From an uncultured Desulfobulbus sp. (GTDB lineage Bacteria > Desulfobacterota > Desulfobulbia > Desulfobulbales > Desulfobulbaceae), in the NCBI GenBank assembly GCA_964567725.1, contig CAZMNU010000001.1, positions 34,838-98,837 on the forward strand: a stretch of 64,000 nucleotides of DNA, in the 5' to 3' direction. Shown here piece by piece: positions 49,862 through 59,895 of this stretch (its first letter is position 1; the number at the start of each line of letters is the position of its first letter). A program made the position numbers and the translations under genes. The notes beneath the pieces were generated by a model that was not told the origin of the DNA, made no database searches, and saw only the letters and a program-made list of their open reading frames with translations.

Positions 49862-52669
49862 ATGGACTACCGGGAAACACTGAACCTGCCGCAGACCACA
49901 TTCAAGATGAAGGCCAATCTTACCCAGCGGGAGCCGCTCGTGCTCAAGCGCTGGGAGCGGGAGGGGCTCTACCGGCAACTGCAGCAGGCCGCGGCCGACC
50001 GGCCGCTGTTCATTCTCCACGACGGCCCGCCCTACGCCAACGGCAACATCCACCTGGGCACCGCCTTCAACAAGGTGCTCAAGGACATCATCCTGCGCGC
50101 CAAGCGCATGGCCGGCTGCAATGCCCCCTACATTCCCGGCTGGGACTGCCACGGCCTGCCCATCGAGCACAACGTCGATCTGGAGCTGGGCGAGAAGAAG
50201 CAGACCATCCCGGTGCTCAGCAAGCGGGCCGCCTGCCGCAAGTATGCGGAGAAGTGGATCAAAACGCAGCGCGAACAGTTCAAGCGGCTGGGCGTACTCG
50301 GTGACTGGGACAATCCGTACCTGACCATGAACCACGCCTACGAGGCGGTCATCGCCCGGGAGTTCAACCGCTTCCTGCTCTCCGGGGCCGTGGTCCGCGC
50401 CAAGAAGCCGGTCTACTGGTGCGCCACCTGCGGGACCGCCCTGGCCGAGGCCGAGGTGGACTACGCCGATCACAACTCGCCGTCCATTTACGTCAAGTTT
50501 CCGGTGGTCGACGATCTGGGCGGGGTGGCGCCGGAACTGGCCGGCCGCCAGGTCCAGGTGCTCATCTGGACCACCACCCCCTGGACCCTGCCCGCCAACC
50601 TGGCGGTGGCCTTTCACCCGGACCTGACCTATGCCGCGGTCGAGGTGCGGGGCGAGGTGTGGATCCTCGCCAGCGAACGGGTCGGCCCGTGCATGCAGCT
50701 GTTCGGCATCGACGACCACCGCCTGCTCGCCACCTTCTCCGCCGCCGGCCTGGAAGGCAAGCGGTGCCGCCACCCCTTCCTCGAGCGCGATTCGCTCATG
50801 GTACTGGCCGATTACGTCACCGCCGACTCGGGCACCGGCTGCGTGCACACCGCGCCCGGCCACGGCGCCGACGACTACCTGACCGGTCGCCGCTACGGCC
50901 TCGAGGTGCTCTCGCCGGTGGACGACGACGGCCGCTTCACCGCCGAGGCCGGCCGCTACGCGGGCGAGCAGGTGCCGCAGGTGAATCGGCGGATCATCGC
51001 CGACCTGACTGCCGACGGTTCGCTCGTCAAGGAGCAGGTGCTCAACCACAGCTACCCGCACTGCTGGCGCTGCAAGGAGCCGGTCATGTACCGGGCCACG
51101 GCCCAGTGGTTCATCTCCATGGACAGCCTGCAGCTGCGCGACAAGGCCCTGGCGGCGATCAACGAGGTGAGCTGGACCCCCTCCTGGGGCCAGCAGCGCA
51201 TCTACGGCATGGTCGAGGCCCGGCCCGACTGGTGTCTCTCCCGGCAACGCTCCTGGGGCGTGCCGGTGACGGTGCTCACCTGCGCCGACTGCGGCGAAAT
51301 CCTCAAGGACGAGGCGGTCTGCGGGCGCATCGACGAGCTGTTCCGGAAGGAAGGGGCAGATGCCTGGTTTCTGCACGAGGCGGCCGATTTCGTCCCCGAG
51401 GGCGTCGTCTGCGCCTGCGGCAGCCGTACGTTCCGCAAGGAGACGGACATCCTCGACGTCTGGTTCGACTCGGGCACCAGTCACGCGGCGGTGCTCGAGG
51501 AGCGGCCGGAGCTGCGTTCGCCCGCGGACCTTTACCTGGAGGGCAGCGACCAGCACCGCGGCTGGTTCCAGTCCTCCCTGCTCACCTCGGTGGGCACCCG
51601 CGGCCGGGCGCCCTACAAGGGCGTGCTCACCCACGGCTACGTGGTCGACGGCCAGGGCAAGAAGATGTCCAAGTCGGTGGGCAACGTGGTCGCCCCGCAG
51701 GAGGTGATCGACCGCTACGGCGCCGAGGTGCTGCGCTTGTGGGTGGCGAGCGAGAACTACCAGGACGACGTCAAGGTCTCGGACGAGATCCTCAAGCACG
51801 TGTCCGACGCCTACCGCAAGATGCGCAACACCCTGCGCTTTCTCCTCGGCAACCTCTCCGATTTCGACCCGGCGCGCGACGCGGTCCGCCCGGAGGCGCT
51901 TTTCGAGATCGACCGCTGGGCGCTTGCCCGCTTCGCCGAGCTGACCCGGCGCCTCACCCGCGCCTACGAGCGCTACGAGTTCCACGCGGTCTACCACGGG
52001 CTGTTCAATTTCTGCGGCACCACCATCTCCAGCCTGTACATGGACATCCTCAAGGACCGGCTCTACTGCTCGACCCCGGACGGGCCGGAGCGGCGGGCGG
52101 CGCAGACGGTGATGTACCGCCTCCTCGACGGGCTGCTCCGCCTGATGGCGCCGGTGCTCTGCTTCACCGCGGCCGAGGCCTGGGAGCACCTGCACGGCCT
52201 GGGGGACAAGGACCCGCTCGATCGCTCGGTCTTTTTCGCCAGCTTCCCGGAGGTGGACGACATCGCCGTCGACGCTGCCTTCAACGAGCGCTGGACGCGG
52301 CTCTTGACCCTGCGCTCCGCCATCACCCGGGTGCTGGAAACGGCCCGTCGCGACAAGCTGATCGGTCTGTCCCTGGACGCCGAGGTGGTGCTGCAGGTGA
52401 ACGCGGACTGGCAGGCCTTCCTGGCCGGCAATCTGGAGCTGGTGCAGGAGTTGTGCATCGTCTCCAGTCTGCGGCTGCAGGCGGCCGGGGACGAGGCGCT
52501 CACCTTCACCGGGGCGGAAGGGCTGGACGGCGTGGCCATCGCGGTTGGGCCGGCGCCGGGCGTCAAGTGCGAGCGCTGCTGGACCTTTGCCACCTCGGTG
52601 GGCGCGGACACTGAGCACCCGACCCTGTGCGCCCGCTGCGCCGGCGTGGTTCGACAGCTGGCGGCCTGA
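49862..52669 (+). CDS. ileS: isoleucine--tRNA ligase (type 1)
   Basis: HDGPPYANG.IHLGT, GWDCHGLPIE, WTTTPWT, EGSDQHRGWF, KMSKS, C-terminal CERC..CARC Zn finger. Confidence 0.98.
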   Translation: MDYRETLNLPQTTFKMKANLTQREPLVLKRWEREGLYRQLQQAAADRPLFILHDGPPYANGNIHLGTAFNKVLKDIILRAKRMAGCNAPYIPGWDCHGLPIEHNVDLELGEKKQTIPVLSKRAACRKYAEKWIKTQREQFKRLGVLGDWDNPYLTMNHAYEAVIAREFNRFLLSGAVVRAKKPVYWCATCGTALAEAEVDYADHNSPSIYVKFPVVDDLGGVAPELAGRQVQVLIWTTTPWTLPANLAVAFHPDLTYAAVEVRGEVWILASERVGPCMQLFGIDDHRLLATFSAAGLEGKRCRHPFLERDSLMVLADYVTADSGTGCVHTAPGHGADDYLTGRRYGLEVLSPVDDDGRFTAEAGRYAGEQVPQVNRRIIADLTADGSLVKEQVLNHSYPHCWRCKEPVMYRATAQWFISMDSLQLRDKALAAINEVSWTPSWGQQRIYGMVEARPDWCLSRQRSWGVPVTVLTCADCGEILKDEAVCGRIDELFRKEGADAWFLHEAADFVPEGVVCACGSRTFRKETDILDVWFDSGTSHAAVLEERPELRSPADLYLEGSDQHRGWFQSSLLTSVGTRGRAPYKGVLTHGYVVDGQGKKMSKSVGNVVAPQEVIDRYGAEVLRLWVASENYQDDVKVSDEILKHVSDAYRKMRNTLRFLLGNLSDFDPARDAVRPEALFEIDRWALARFAELTRRLTRAYERYEFHAVYHGLFNFCGTTISSLYMDILKDRLYCSTPDGPERRAAQTVMYRLLDGLLRLMAPVLCFTAAEAWEHLHGLGDKDPLDRSVFFASFPEVDDIAVDAAFNERWTRLLTLRSAITRVLETARRDKLIGLSLDAEVVLQVNADWQAFLAGNLELVQELCIVSSLRLQAAGDEALTFTGAEGLDGVAIAVGPAPGVKCERCWTFATSVGADTEHPTLCARCAGVVRQLAA

Positions 52670-52681
52670 GCGGACGGGTTC

Positions 52682-53188
52682 ATGACAGCGTTTCTGCTGG
52701 TCATCCTGGCGGTGGTGGGTCTCGACCAGGCGAGCAAGCTGTGGGTCGTGCACCACTTCAGCCTGTACGACAGCCAGGTGGTGATCCCCGGGTTCTTCAA
52801 CCTCACCTACCTGACCAACAACGGCGCCGCCTTCAGCATCCTCGCCGGCCAGCCCGCCCTGTGGCGGCAGGCCTTTTTCATCGGCGCCGCCAGCCTGGCG
52901 CTGGTGCTGATCGTTATCGCCCGGCGGGGCTACGCCAGCCTGAGCGGCTGGTACAACCTGGCCCTGGCGCTCATCGCCGGCGGCGCCATCGGCAACCTGA
53001 TCGACCGGGTCCGGCTCGGTCATGTCATCGATTTTCTCGATTTCCACCTCGGTGCGTCCCACTGGCCGGCCTTCAACATCGCCGACAGCGCCATCACCGT
53101 CGGCGTGCTCCTCTTCATCCTCAGAAACCTGGTGTTCGACCGGCACCGACCCGTGCCGGAGGACCCGGCAGCACAGCAGAACACATGA
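52682..53188 (+). CDS. lspA: lipoprotein signal peptidase
   Basis: DQASK, N.GAAFS, GAIGNLIDR, VIDF, FNIADSAI. Confidence 0.97.
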   Translation: MTAFLLVILAVVGLDQASKLWVVHHFSLYDSQVVIPGFFNLTYLTNNGAAFSILAGQPALWRQAFFIGAASLALVLIVIARRGYASLSGWYNLALALIAGGAIGNLIDRVRLGHVIDFLDFHLGASHWPAFNIADSAITVGVLLFILRNLVFDRHRPVPEDPAAQQNT

Positions 53189-54135
53189 AAAAAACAGCGA
53201 TTATCTTTCCCGGCCAGGGGTCCCAGTTCATCGGCATGGGCCAGGCCCTGGTCGAACAGGATCCGGATGCCGCCAGCCTCATGGACCTGGCCGAGCAGAT
53301 TTCCTCCTTTCCCATCCGCCGGCTCTGTTTCGAGGGGCCCATGGACGACCTGACCCGGGTGCTCTACCTGCAGCCGGCGCTCACCGCGGTCAACCTGCTC
53401 TGCTGGCAGCAGCTCTGCAAGCGGCTGCCGGGGTTCACGCCGTCGTTTTTCGCCGGCCACAGCCTGGGCGAGTATTCGGCCCTGCACGGGGCCGGCGTGC
53501 TCAGCCTGGAGGACACCCTCGGCCTGGTGACGAAACGTGGCGAGCTGATGGAGCGCGAGGGCAGCGCCCATCCGGGCGGCATGCGCGCCGTGATCGGCCT
53601 GACCCTGGCGGAGATCGAGGAACTCCTCGCCGGGGCGGCAGGGGAGGGCGTGGTGGTGGTCGCCAATCACAACACCGCCACCCAGATCGTCCTCTCCGGC
53701 GACAAGGCCGGGCTCGACCGGGCGGGCGAACTGTGTGCATCCCGCGGCGGCAAGGTGATTCCCCTCAAGGTGAGCGTGGCCAACCACAGCCCCCTGGTGG
53801 CCGGGGCGGTGAACGATTTCACCGCCCACATGGCAACCATCCCCTTTGGTGCGCCGACCGTGCCGGTGCTGTTCAACGTCACCGGCGACGGTGAGCGGCA
53901 GCCCGGGGCGATCAAGGCGATGATGGCCCGGCAGATCGCCTCCCGGGTGCGCTGGCTGGAGATCGTCGAGCGGATGGTGGCCGCCGGGGTCGAGGTGATT
54001 GTTGAACTGGGGCCGAAAAATGTCCTGACCGGCATGATCCGGAAAATTCTCCCGAAAAATTCACCGGTTACCTGTGTACAGGCCGATACCCCGGAAACGC
54101 TCGACACGGTGGCGGCAACCCTGGCCGGGTGCTAA
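53185..54135 (+). CDS. fabD: malonyl CoA-ACP transacylase
   Basis: FPGQGSQ, AGHSLGEY, ELGP. Confidence 0.95.
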   Translation: MKKTAIIFPGQGSQFIGMGQALVEQDPDAASLMDLAEQISSFPIRRLCFEGPMDDLTRVLYLQPALTAVNLLCWQQLCKRLPGFTPSFFAGHSLGEYSALHGAGVLSLEDTLGLVTKRGELMEREGSAHPGGMRAVIGLTLAEIEELLAGAAGEGVVVVANHNTATQIVLSGDKAGLDRAGELCASRGGKVIPLKVSVANHSPLVAGAVNDFTAHMATIPFGAPTVPVLFNVTGDGERQPGAIKAMMARQIASRVRWLEIVERMVAAGVEVIVELGPKNVLTGMIRKILPKNSPVTCVQADTPETLDTVAATLAGC

Positions 54136-54165
54136 CCGCCCGGCCCGTCATGGTTTTCTTCCTGC

Positions 54166-54194
54166 TTGACATCCGTAACCGGTTCGAGTAATAA
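54166..54194 (+). promoter_or_regulatory. putative sigma70 promoter for ffh-rpsP operon
   Basis: TTGACA-N17-TAATAA. Confidence 0.6.
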
Positions 54195-54280
54195 AAAAAA
54201 TTTCCACCCGCGTCCACGGGTGGATGCGTGCCTTTGTCTGTCCGGCGTGCGCCAACCGTCCAACCGACACCCGAGCGACC

Positions 54281-55630
54281 ATGTTTGAGAATCTCACCGA
54301 CCGCCTGGAAAGCGTTTTCAAAAAACTGCGCGGCCATGGCAAGCTGACTGAAGAAAACATTCAGGAGGCCATGGGCGAGGTGCGCACGGCGCTGCTCGAG
54401 GCGGATGTCAACTTCGGCGTTGTCAGGGAATTTGTGGCCGCGGTCACCACCAAGGCCATCGGTCAGGAGGTGCTCTCCAGCCTGTCGCCCGGTCAGCAGG
54501 TGGTCAAGGTGGTGCACGACGAGCTGGTCCAGCTGCTCGGCAGCGAGGCCCAGCCGCTGCGCCTCGACGGCAGGCGGCCGGCGGTGATCATGCTCGCCGG
54601 CCTGCAGGGCTCGGGCAAGACCACCACCGCCGCCAAACTGGCCAAACAGCTGAAGGCGCAGGGCCGCGCGCCCCTGCTGGTGCCGGCCGACGTCTACCGG
54701 CCGGCGGCCATCGAGCAGCTGCACGTGCTCGGCGAGCAGGTCGGGGTGCCGGTGTTCGCCTCCACGGTGGAGCAGCGGCCGGTGGAGATCGCCCGCCAGG
54801 CGATGGCCCGGGCCGCGGCCGATGATCACGACACGATCATCATCGACACCGCCGGTCGCCTGCACGTCGACGAGGCGCTCATGGCCGAGCTGCAGGAGAT
54901 CGGCCGGGCCGTGCCGCTCACCGAGGTGCTGTTCGTGGCCGACGCCATGACCGGCCAGGATGCGGTCACCGTGGCCGCCAAGTTCAACACCGACCTGGAG
55001 ATCACCGGCGTCATCCTCACCAAGATGGAGGGTGATGCCCGCGGCGGTGCCGCCCTGTCGGTGAAGAAGGTTACCGGCAAGCCGATCAAGTTCGTCGGTG
55101 TGGGCGAATCGGTGGATGCCCTGGAGGTGTTCCACCCGGACCGGGCCGCTTCGCGCATCCTCGGCATGGGCGATGTGCTCTCGCTCATCGAGCGGGCCGA
55201 GGCGGTGGTCGACCAGAAGAACGCCGAGCAGCTGGCCCGCAAGATCCAGAAGAATGCCTTCACGCTGGAGGACTTCCTCGATCAGATCCAGCAGATCAAG
55301 AAGATGGGCACCCTGGAGCAGCTCATGGGCATGATCCCGGGGATCAACAAGCTCAAGCAGCTCAAGGACGCGCCCAAGCCCGACCAGAAGGAACTGGTCA
55401 AGACCGAGGCGATCATCCGCTCCATGACCCTGAAGGAGCGGCGCAACCACCTGATCATCAATGCCGGCCGCCGGCAGCGGATTGCCAACGGCTCGGGCAC
55501 CAGCGTCGCCGAGGTCAACCGGGTGTTGAAGAGTTACACCATGATGCTCAAGATGATGAAGAACCTGAAAGGCAAGGGCATCATGACCGGCGGCAAACGC
55601 CGCAAGCTCCCCAAGGGGCTGAAACGATAG
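54281..55630 (+). CDS. ffh: signal recognition particle protein
   Basis: MFENLTDRL, GLQGSGKTT, DTAGR, GDARGGAALS, RILGMGD, M domain. Confidence 0.98.
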   Translation: MFENLTDRLESVFKKLRGHGKLTEENIQEAMGEVRTALLEADVNFGVVREFVAAVTTKAIGQEVLSSLSPGQQVVKVVHDELVQLLGSEAQPLRLDGRRPAVIMLAGLQGSGKTTTAAKLAKQLKAQGRAPLLVPADVYRPAAIEQLHVLGEQVGVPVFASTVEQRPVEIARQAMARAAADDHDTIIIDTAGRLHVDEALMAELQEIGRAVPLTEVLFVADAMTGQDAVTVAAKFNTDLEITGVILTKMEGDARGGAALSVKKVTGKPIKFVGVGESVDALEVFHPDRAASRILGMGDVLSLIERAEAVVDQKNAEQLARKIQKNAFTLEDFLDQIQQIKKMGTLEQLMGMIPGINKLKQLKDAPKPDQKELVKTEAIIRSMTLKERRNHLIINAGRRQRIANGSGTSVAEVNRVLKSYTMMLKMMKNLKGKGIMTGGKRRKLPKGLKR

Positions 55631-55717
55631 TACAAGGCAGTATTCAACCCGGCTCGATGGTTTCGCTTTGCCTGATCGTCGCGCCGGTTTCACACGTCCA
55701 CTGGAGGATCGTCACCC

Positions 55718-55975
55718 ATGGCAGTTCGTATTCGTTTGACCCGAAAAGGCCGCAAGAAACAGCCCTTCTACCGCATCGTCGTTGCCGACAGCCAGGCTCC
55801 GCGTGATGGCAAGTTCCTCGACATCGTCGGCACCTACGACCCGATGCAGAACCCGGCCGCAGTCACCGTTGACGGTGAGAAGCTCGACGCCTGGATGCAG
55901 AAAGGCGCCACGCTGACCGAAACCGTCGAGAGTCTGCTCAAAAAACACCGCGCCGGAGCGGCCGCCGCGGCGTAA
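55718..55975 (+). CDS. rpsP: 30S ribosomal protein S16
   Basis: [22 protein letters not shown]...RDG. Confidence 0.98.
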   Translation: MAVRIRLTRKGRKKQPFYRIVVADSQAPRDGKFLDIVGTYDPMQNPAAVTVDGEKLDAWMQKGATLTETVESLLKKHRAGAAAAA

Positions 55976-56206
55976 ATGAAGGACCTGATCACGTTCATCG
56001 CCTCCCGTCTGGTCGACCACCCGGACGACATCGCTGTCACGCTGCAGGAGGACGAGGACAACCTGGTCATCGAACTGCGGGTCGCCCAGGGCGATCTTGG
56101 CAAAGTGATCGGCAAGCAGGGACGGACGGCGAGAGCCATGCGCGCCGTGCTGGCCGCCGCCCATACCGCTGACGGCAGGCGGCCGCGGCTCGAAATCGTC
56201 GAGTAG
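55976..56206 (+). CDS. khpA: KH-domain RNA-binding protein
   Basis: LVDHPD, DLGKVIGKQGRTA. Confidence 0.93.
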   Translation: MKDLITFIASRLVDHPDDIAVTLQEDEDNLVIELRVAQGDLGKVIGKQGRTARAMRAVLAAAHTADGRRPRLEIVE

Positions 56207-56745
56207 TGGCGCCGCTTCAGGCTGACGGCAGCGGCTCGTTCGTGCTGCTCGGCACGGTGACGCGGGCGCACGGATTGAAGGGCGAAGTGAAGGTCCGGCC
56301 GCTGACCGAGTCCCCGGCCAGTTTCACCCGCTACCGGCAGTTGTACCTGAGTGCGGCAGGGGGCGGGGAAAAAATTCCGCACACGGCCGTGCAGGCCCGG
56401 GTGAGCGGCCAGGGCGTGGTTCTGCGGCTGTCCGGGTGCACCACCAGGGAAGCGGCCGAACAACTCGCCGGCAGCAAGGTCTGGTTGGCGACCAGCCAAC
56501 TGCCGCCGCCGGCACCGGGCGAGTTCTACCTGCACACCCTCGAGGGTCGGCGGGCGGAAACCGTTGACGGCCGGTACCTCGGCCGGGTGGCCGCCATCCT
56601 CAGCAGCGGCGGCCAGGATGTCCTGGTTATCCGCGACAACGGGGTGGAGGTGCTGGTGCCTGCGGTGCGGGCCTTTGTCCGCGCCGTGGAGGAGGACCGG
56701 GTGGTGCTCGATCCGCCCCCGGGGCTGCTCGAACTCAACCAGTGA
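56206..56745 (+). CDS. rimM: 16S rRNA processing protein RimM
   Basis: AHGLKGEVKV, GEFY, DVLVI, LVPAV, PPPGLL. Confidence 0.92.
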   Translation: MAPLQADGSGSFVLLGTVTRAHGLKGEVKVRPLTESPASFTRYRQLYLSAAGGGEKIPHTAVQARVSGQGVVLRLSGCTTREAAEQLAGSKVWLATSQLPPPAPGEFYLHTLEGRRAETVDGRYLGRVAAILSSGGQDVLVIRDNGVEVLVPAVRAFVRAVEEDRVVLDPPPGLLELNQ

Positions 56746-56761
56746 GTGCTGGCGACTCCTG

Positions 56762-57523
56762 ATGTGGTTCGATATCCTGACGATTTTTCCGGAATTTTTC
56801 GTCTCGCCGCTCAACGAGGGGATGGTGCGGCGGGCACTGTGCGCGGAGCAGATCCGCGTGGCGGTCCACAACATTCGCGACCACGCCCAGGATCGCCACC
56901 ACATGACCGATGACCGTCCTTTCGGCGGCGGCGAGGGCATGGTGATGAAGCCGGAACCCCTGGCCGCCTGCCTCAAGGCGGTGAACAGCGAGGGGCCGAG
57001 ACCGCGGGTCATCCTCCTCTCGCCCCGGGGAGAGCGGTTCGACCAGGCCGCGGCCGCCCGACTGGCCGGGGAGGAGCGACTGGCCCTGGTTTGCGGCCGC
57101 TACGAAGGGGTGGACGAGCGCTTTCGCGCCCATTACGTGGACGAAGAACTGTCCATCGGCGACTATATCCTGACCGGCGGCGAACTGGCCGCCCTGGTGG
57201 TCCTGGACGCGGTCACGCGACTGCTGCCGGGCGTACTCGGCTGCGAGGATTCGGCCGCCTGCGATACCTTCAGCCGCGGCCTGCTCAAGCACGGGCAGTA
57301 CACCCGGCCACGGGTGTTCGAGGGTGAACCGGTGCCGGAGGTGCTGCTTTCCGGCGACCATGCGGCCATCGCCGCCCACCGCTTTCTCGAGTCGGTGCGG
57401 CTGACGCTGGCGCGGCGCCCCGAACTGCTGGCCACGGTACGGTTCACGCCGACGGAAACAAAGATGCTCGGACGGGCGGGGCTGCGGCAGCAGATCGAGG
57501 CCATTGGCAGAGAAAACGGCTAG
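56762..57523 (+). CDS. trmD: tRNA (guanine-N1)-methyltransferase
   Basis: DDRPFGGGEGM, LSPRG, CGRYEGVDER, SIGDYILTGGE, YTRP. Confidence 0.96.
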   Translation: MWFDILTIFPEFFVSPLNEGMVRRALCAEQIRVAVHNIRDHAQDRHHMTDDRPFGGGEGMVMKPEPLAACLKAVNSEGPRPRVILLSPRGERFDQAAAARLAGEERLALVCGRYEGVDERFRAHYVDEELSIGDYILTGGELAALVVLDAVTRLLPGVLGCEDSAACDTFSRGLLKHGQYTRPRVFEGEPVPEVLLSGDHAAIAAHRFLESVRLTLARRPELLATVRFTPTETKMLGRAGLRQQIEAIGRENG

Positions 57524-58103
57524 AGAGCACGGTCTGCGGGTCGACGTCGCCCTGGTGCACTACCCGGTGGTCAGCCGCATCGGCGAGACCATCGGCTCGG
57601 CGGTCACCAATCTCGACCTGCACGACATCGCCCGCGCCGGGCGCACCTTCGGCGTCACCACCTACTGGGTGGTCACGCCGTTTCACGAGCAGCAGGAACT
57701 GGCCGGGCAGATCGTCGGCCACTGGATTGACGGTCACGGCGGCCGCACCAACCCGGACCGGAGCGACGCCCTGTCGATCATCAGGGTCTGCGCCACCCTG
57801 GACGAGGCCATGGCCGGCGCCACGGCCCGCCACGGCGCCCGACCATGCGTGCTCGCCACCTGCGCCCGCGAGCAGGACAACACGGTCGACTTCGCGGCGG
57901 CGCGGGAACGGATCTGGCAGGGGGAACCCGTGCTGCTCCTGCTCGGCACGGCCTGGGGACTGGCGCCGGAGGTTCTGGCCATGGCCGACGGCGTACTGCC
58001 GCCGATCCGCGGCGTGTCCGGGTTCAACCACCTGTCCGTGCGCTCGGCCGCGGCCATACTTTTTGACCGGTTGCTCGGCGCACCACCCGAGCCGCCAGCA
58101 TGA
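57504..58103 (+). CDS. SPOUT-family RNA methyltransferase (TM1570-like)
   Basis: ALVHYPV, AVTNLDLHDIAR, GTAWGL, FNHLSVRSAAAILFDRL; TTG start overlapping trmD. Confidence 0.88.
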   Translation: MAEKTAREHGLRVDVALVHYPVVSRIGETIGSAVTNLDLHDIARAGRTFGVTTYWVVTPFHEQQELAGQIVGHWIDGHGGRTNPDRSDALSIIRVCATLDEAMAGATARHGARPCVLATCAREQDNTVDFAAARERIWQGEPVLLLLGTAWGLAPEVLAMADGVLPPIRGVSGFNHLSVRSAAAILFDRLLGAPPEPPA

Positions 58104-58240
58104 CCCAGACAGTCAGCCGACCCGCACCGGGCCGGCTTGCAGAGACGTGTGACGATGACGTCATTTTATCAGGATGATTTGGAGGCATCCCTCGAGCAGG
58201 GTCGACAAACCATGGCGATCCTCCCCGAAAACGAACGAAC

Positions 58241-58588
58241 ATGAACATACTCGACAGAATCGATCAGGAGCAGATGCGCTTTGACATCCCCGAGTTCCGG
58301 CCCGGCGACACCGTCAAGGTGCATATCCGCATCATTGAAGGCAACAAGGAGCGCGTCCAGGTGTTCCAGGGGGTGGTGATCAAGCGCAAGCGCGGCACCA
58401 TGAACGCCACCTTCACGGTGCGCAAGATTTCCCACGGTGTGGGCGTGGAGAAAACCTTTGCCCTGCACTCGCCGCGTCTCGAAAAGATCGAGATGGTCAC
58501 GCCGGGTCGGGTTCGCCGCTCGCGCCTGTTCTACCTGCGCGAACGCCGCGGCAAGGCTGCGCGTATCCGTGAGCGCGGCATTCTCTGA
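58241..58588 (+). CDS. rplS: 50S ribosomal protein L19
   Basis: [34 protein letters not shown]. Confidence 0.98.
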   Translation: MNILDRIDQEQMRFDIPEFRPGDTVKVHIRIIEGNKERVQVFQGVVIKRKRGTMNATFTVRKISHGVGVEKTFALHSPRLEKIEMVTPGRVRRSRLFYLRERRGKAARIRERGIL

Positions 58589-58655
58589 GCAACGCTTCCC
58601 TGTTCCGGGATCCGTGCGCGCACGGGGTTCCGGGACCGGACCGGCAACACCCTGG

Positions 58656-58699
58656 GGGCACCCGGCAGTCGCAACGACCGCCGGGTGCCCGTGTGTTTT
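58656..58699 (+). terminator. hairpin after rplS (possible terminator or processing structure)
   Basis: GGGCACCCGGC...GCCGGGTGCCC stem followed by GTGTGTTTT. Confidence 0.45.
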
Positions 58700-58753
58700 C
58701 AAGCGGTTCGGGGGTGTGAGGGCCTGCGCGCCGGCAACGGCTCGCCGGGGGTG

Positions 58754-59488
58754 ATGCCGATGACCGCACTCGTCAGGCAGCAGCCCCTCTTTGCCGCTGT
58801 GGCGACCGACCCGGACGACACCTTCCGCTTTGAAAGGGCGCTCTACCGGACAGGCTGCACCCGCGTGGCCGGCATCGACGAGGCCGGCCGCGGTCCGCTC
58901 GCCGGGCCGGTGGTCGCCGCCTGCGTGATCCTGGCGCCGGACGGCGACCACTCCATGTTCAAGGATTCCAAGCTGCTCACCGCCCGCCGGCGTGAGCAGT
59001 TGTTTGCCCTGCTCGAAGGGGGGGCTGCCCGCATCGGCGTGGGCAGTGCCGACCCGCGCGAAATCGAGCAGCTCAATATCCTCCAGGCCTCCCTGCTGGC
59101 CATGCACCGGGCCATGGACGACTGTGCCGCCCGTTGTGACGGTCATCCGCCCGATCACCTGCTGGTGGACGGCACCTTCCGGGTGCCGGTTCCGGTGGCC
59201 CAGACCACCCTGGTCAAGGGCGAACGACAGAGTGCCTCCATCGCCGCCGCCTCGATTGTCGCCAAGGTGACCCGGGACCGGATCATGGCCGCCTGCCACC
59301 ATCGCTACCCGCACTACGATTTCCACCGCAACCAGGGCTACCCCACCCGCGCCCATCGGCAGGCCCTGTGCGAGTTCGGTCCCTGTCCGGTGCACCGGCG
59401 GACCTTTCGCGGCGTGCGCGAGTGCTGTGCCCCCGGGCCGGCCCCGGCAACCATCACCCAGGCCGCGCTCTGGCCGGAGAAGGGCTAG
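58754..59488 (+). CDS. rnhB: ribonuclease HII
   Basis: GIDEAGRGPLAGPVV, DSKLL, NILQASL, SIAAASIVAKVTRD, HRRTF; start uncertain. Confidence 0.93.
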   Translation: MPMTALVRQQPLFAAVATDPDDTFRFERALYRTGCTRVAGIDEAGRGPLAGPVVAACVILAPDGDHSMFKDSKLLTARRREQLFALLEGGAARIGVGSADPREIEQLNILQASLLAMHRAMDDCAARCDGHPPDHLLVDGTFRVPVPVAQTTLVKGERQSASIAAASIVAKVTRDRIMAACHHRYPHYDFHRNQGYPTRAHRQALCEFGPCPVHRRTFRGVRECCAPGPAPATITQAALWPEKG

Positions 59489-59493
59489 GGGCC

Positions 59494-59883
59494 ATGCTGT
59501 TTGGAGCCAGGAAGGTCCGCACCACCGGCACAGGCCGGCTCGGCGAGGGGGTGGCCCTGCGCCACCTGCAGCAGCGGGGCTACGACATCCTCGCCACCAA
59601 CTACCGTAAACGGTTCGGCGAGGTGGACATCGTGGCCCGCTGGCGCGGCACGATCGTCTTTGTCGAGGTGAAAACACGGCATTCCCGCCGCTACGGCGTG
59701 CCCCAGGAGGCGGTGGACGAACGCAAGCAGCGGCAGCTGGCGCGTATCGCCCAGGATTACCTGGCAGCCCACCACCTGGAGAATGCCGCAGCCCGCTTCG
59801 ATGTGATCGCCGTGACCCTGGACCGCGAGGATCAGCCCGCACGCATCGACCACATCGAGAACGCCTTCGAGCTTTCTGAATAA
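59494..59883 (+). CDS. YraN/UPF0102 family protein
   Basis: G..GE, GEVDIVA, FVEVKTR, RFDVI, HIENAF. Confidence 0.92.
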   Translation: MLFGARKVRTTGTGRLGEGVALRHLQQRGYDILATNYRKRFGEVDIVARWRGTIVFVEVKTRHSRRYGVPQEAVDERKQRQLARIAQDYLAAHHLENAAARFDVIAVTLDREDQPARIDHIENAFELSE

Positions 59884-59895
59884 CCACGGAGTCTT

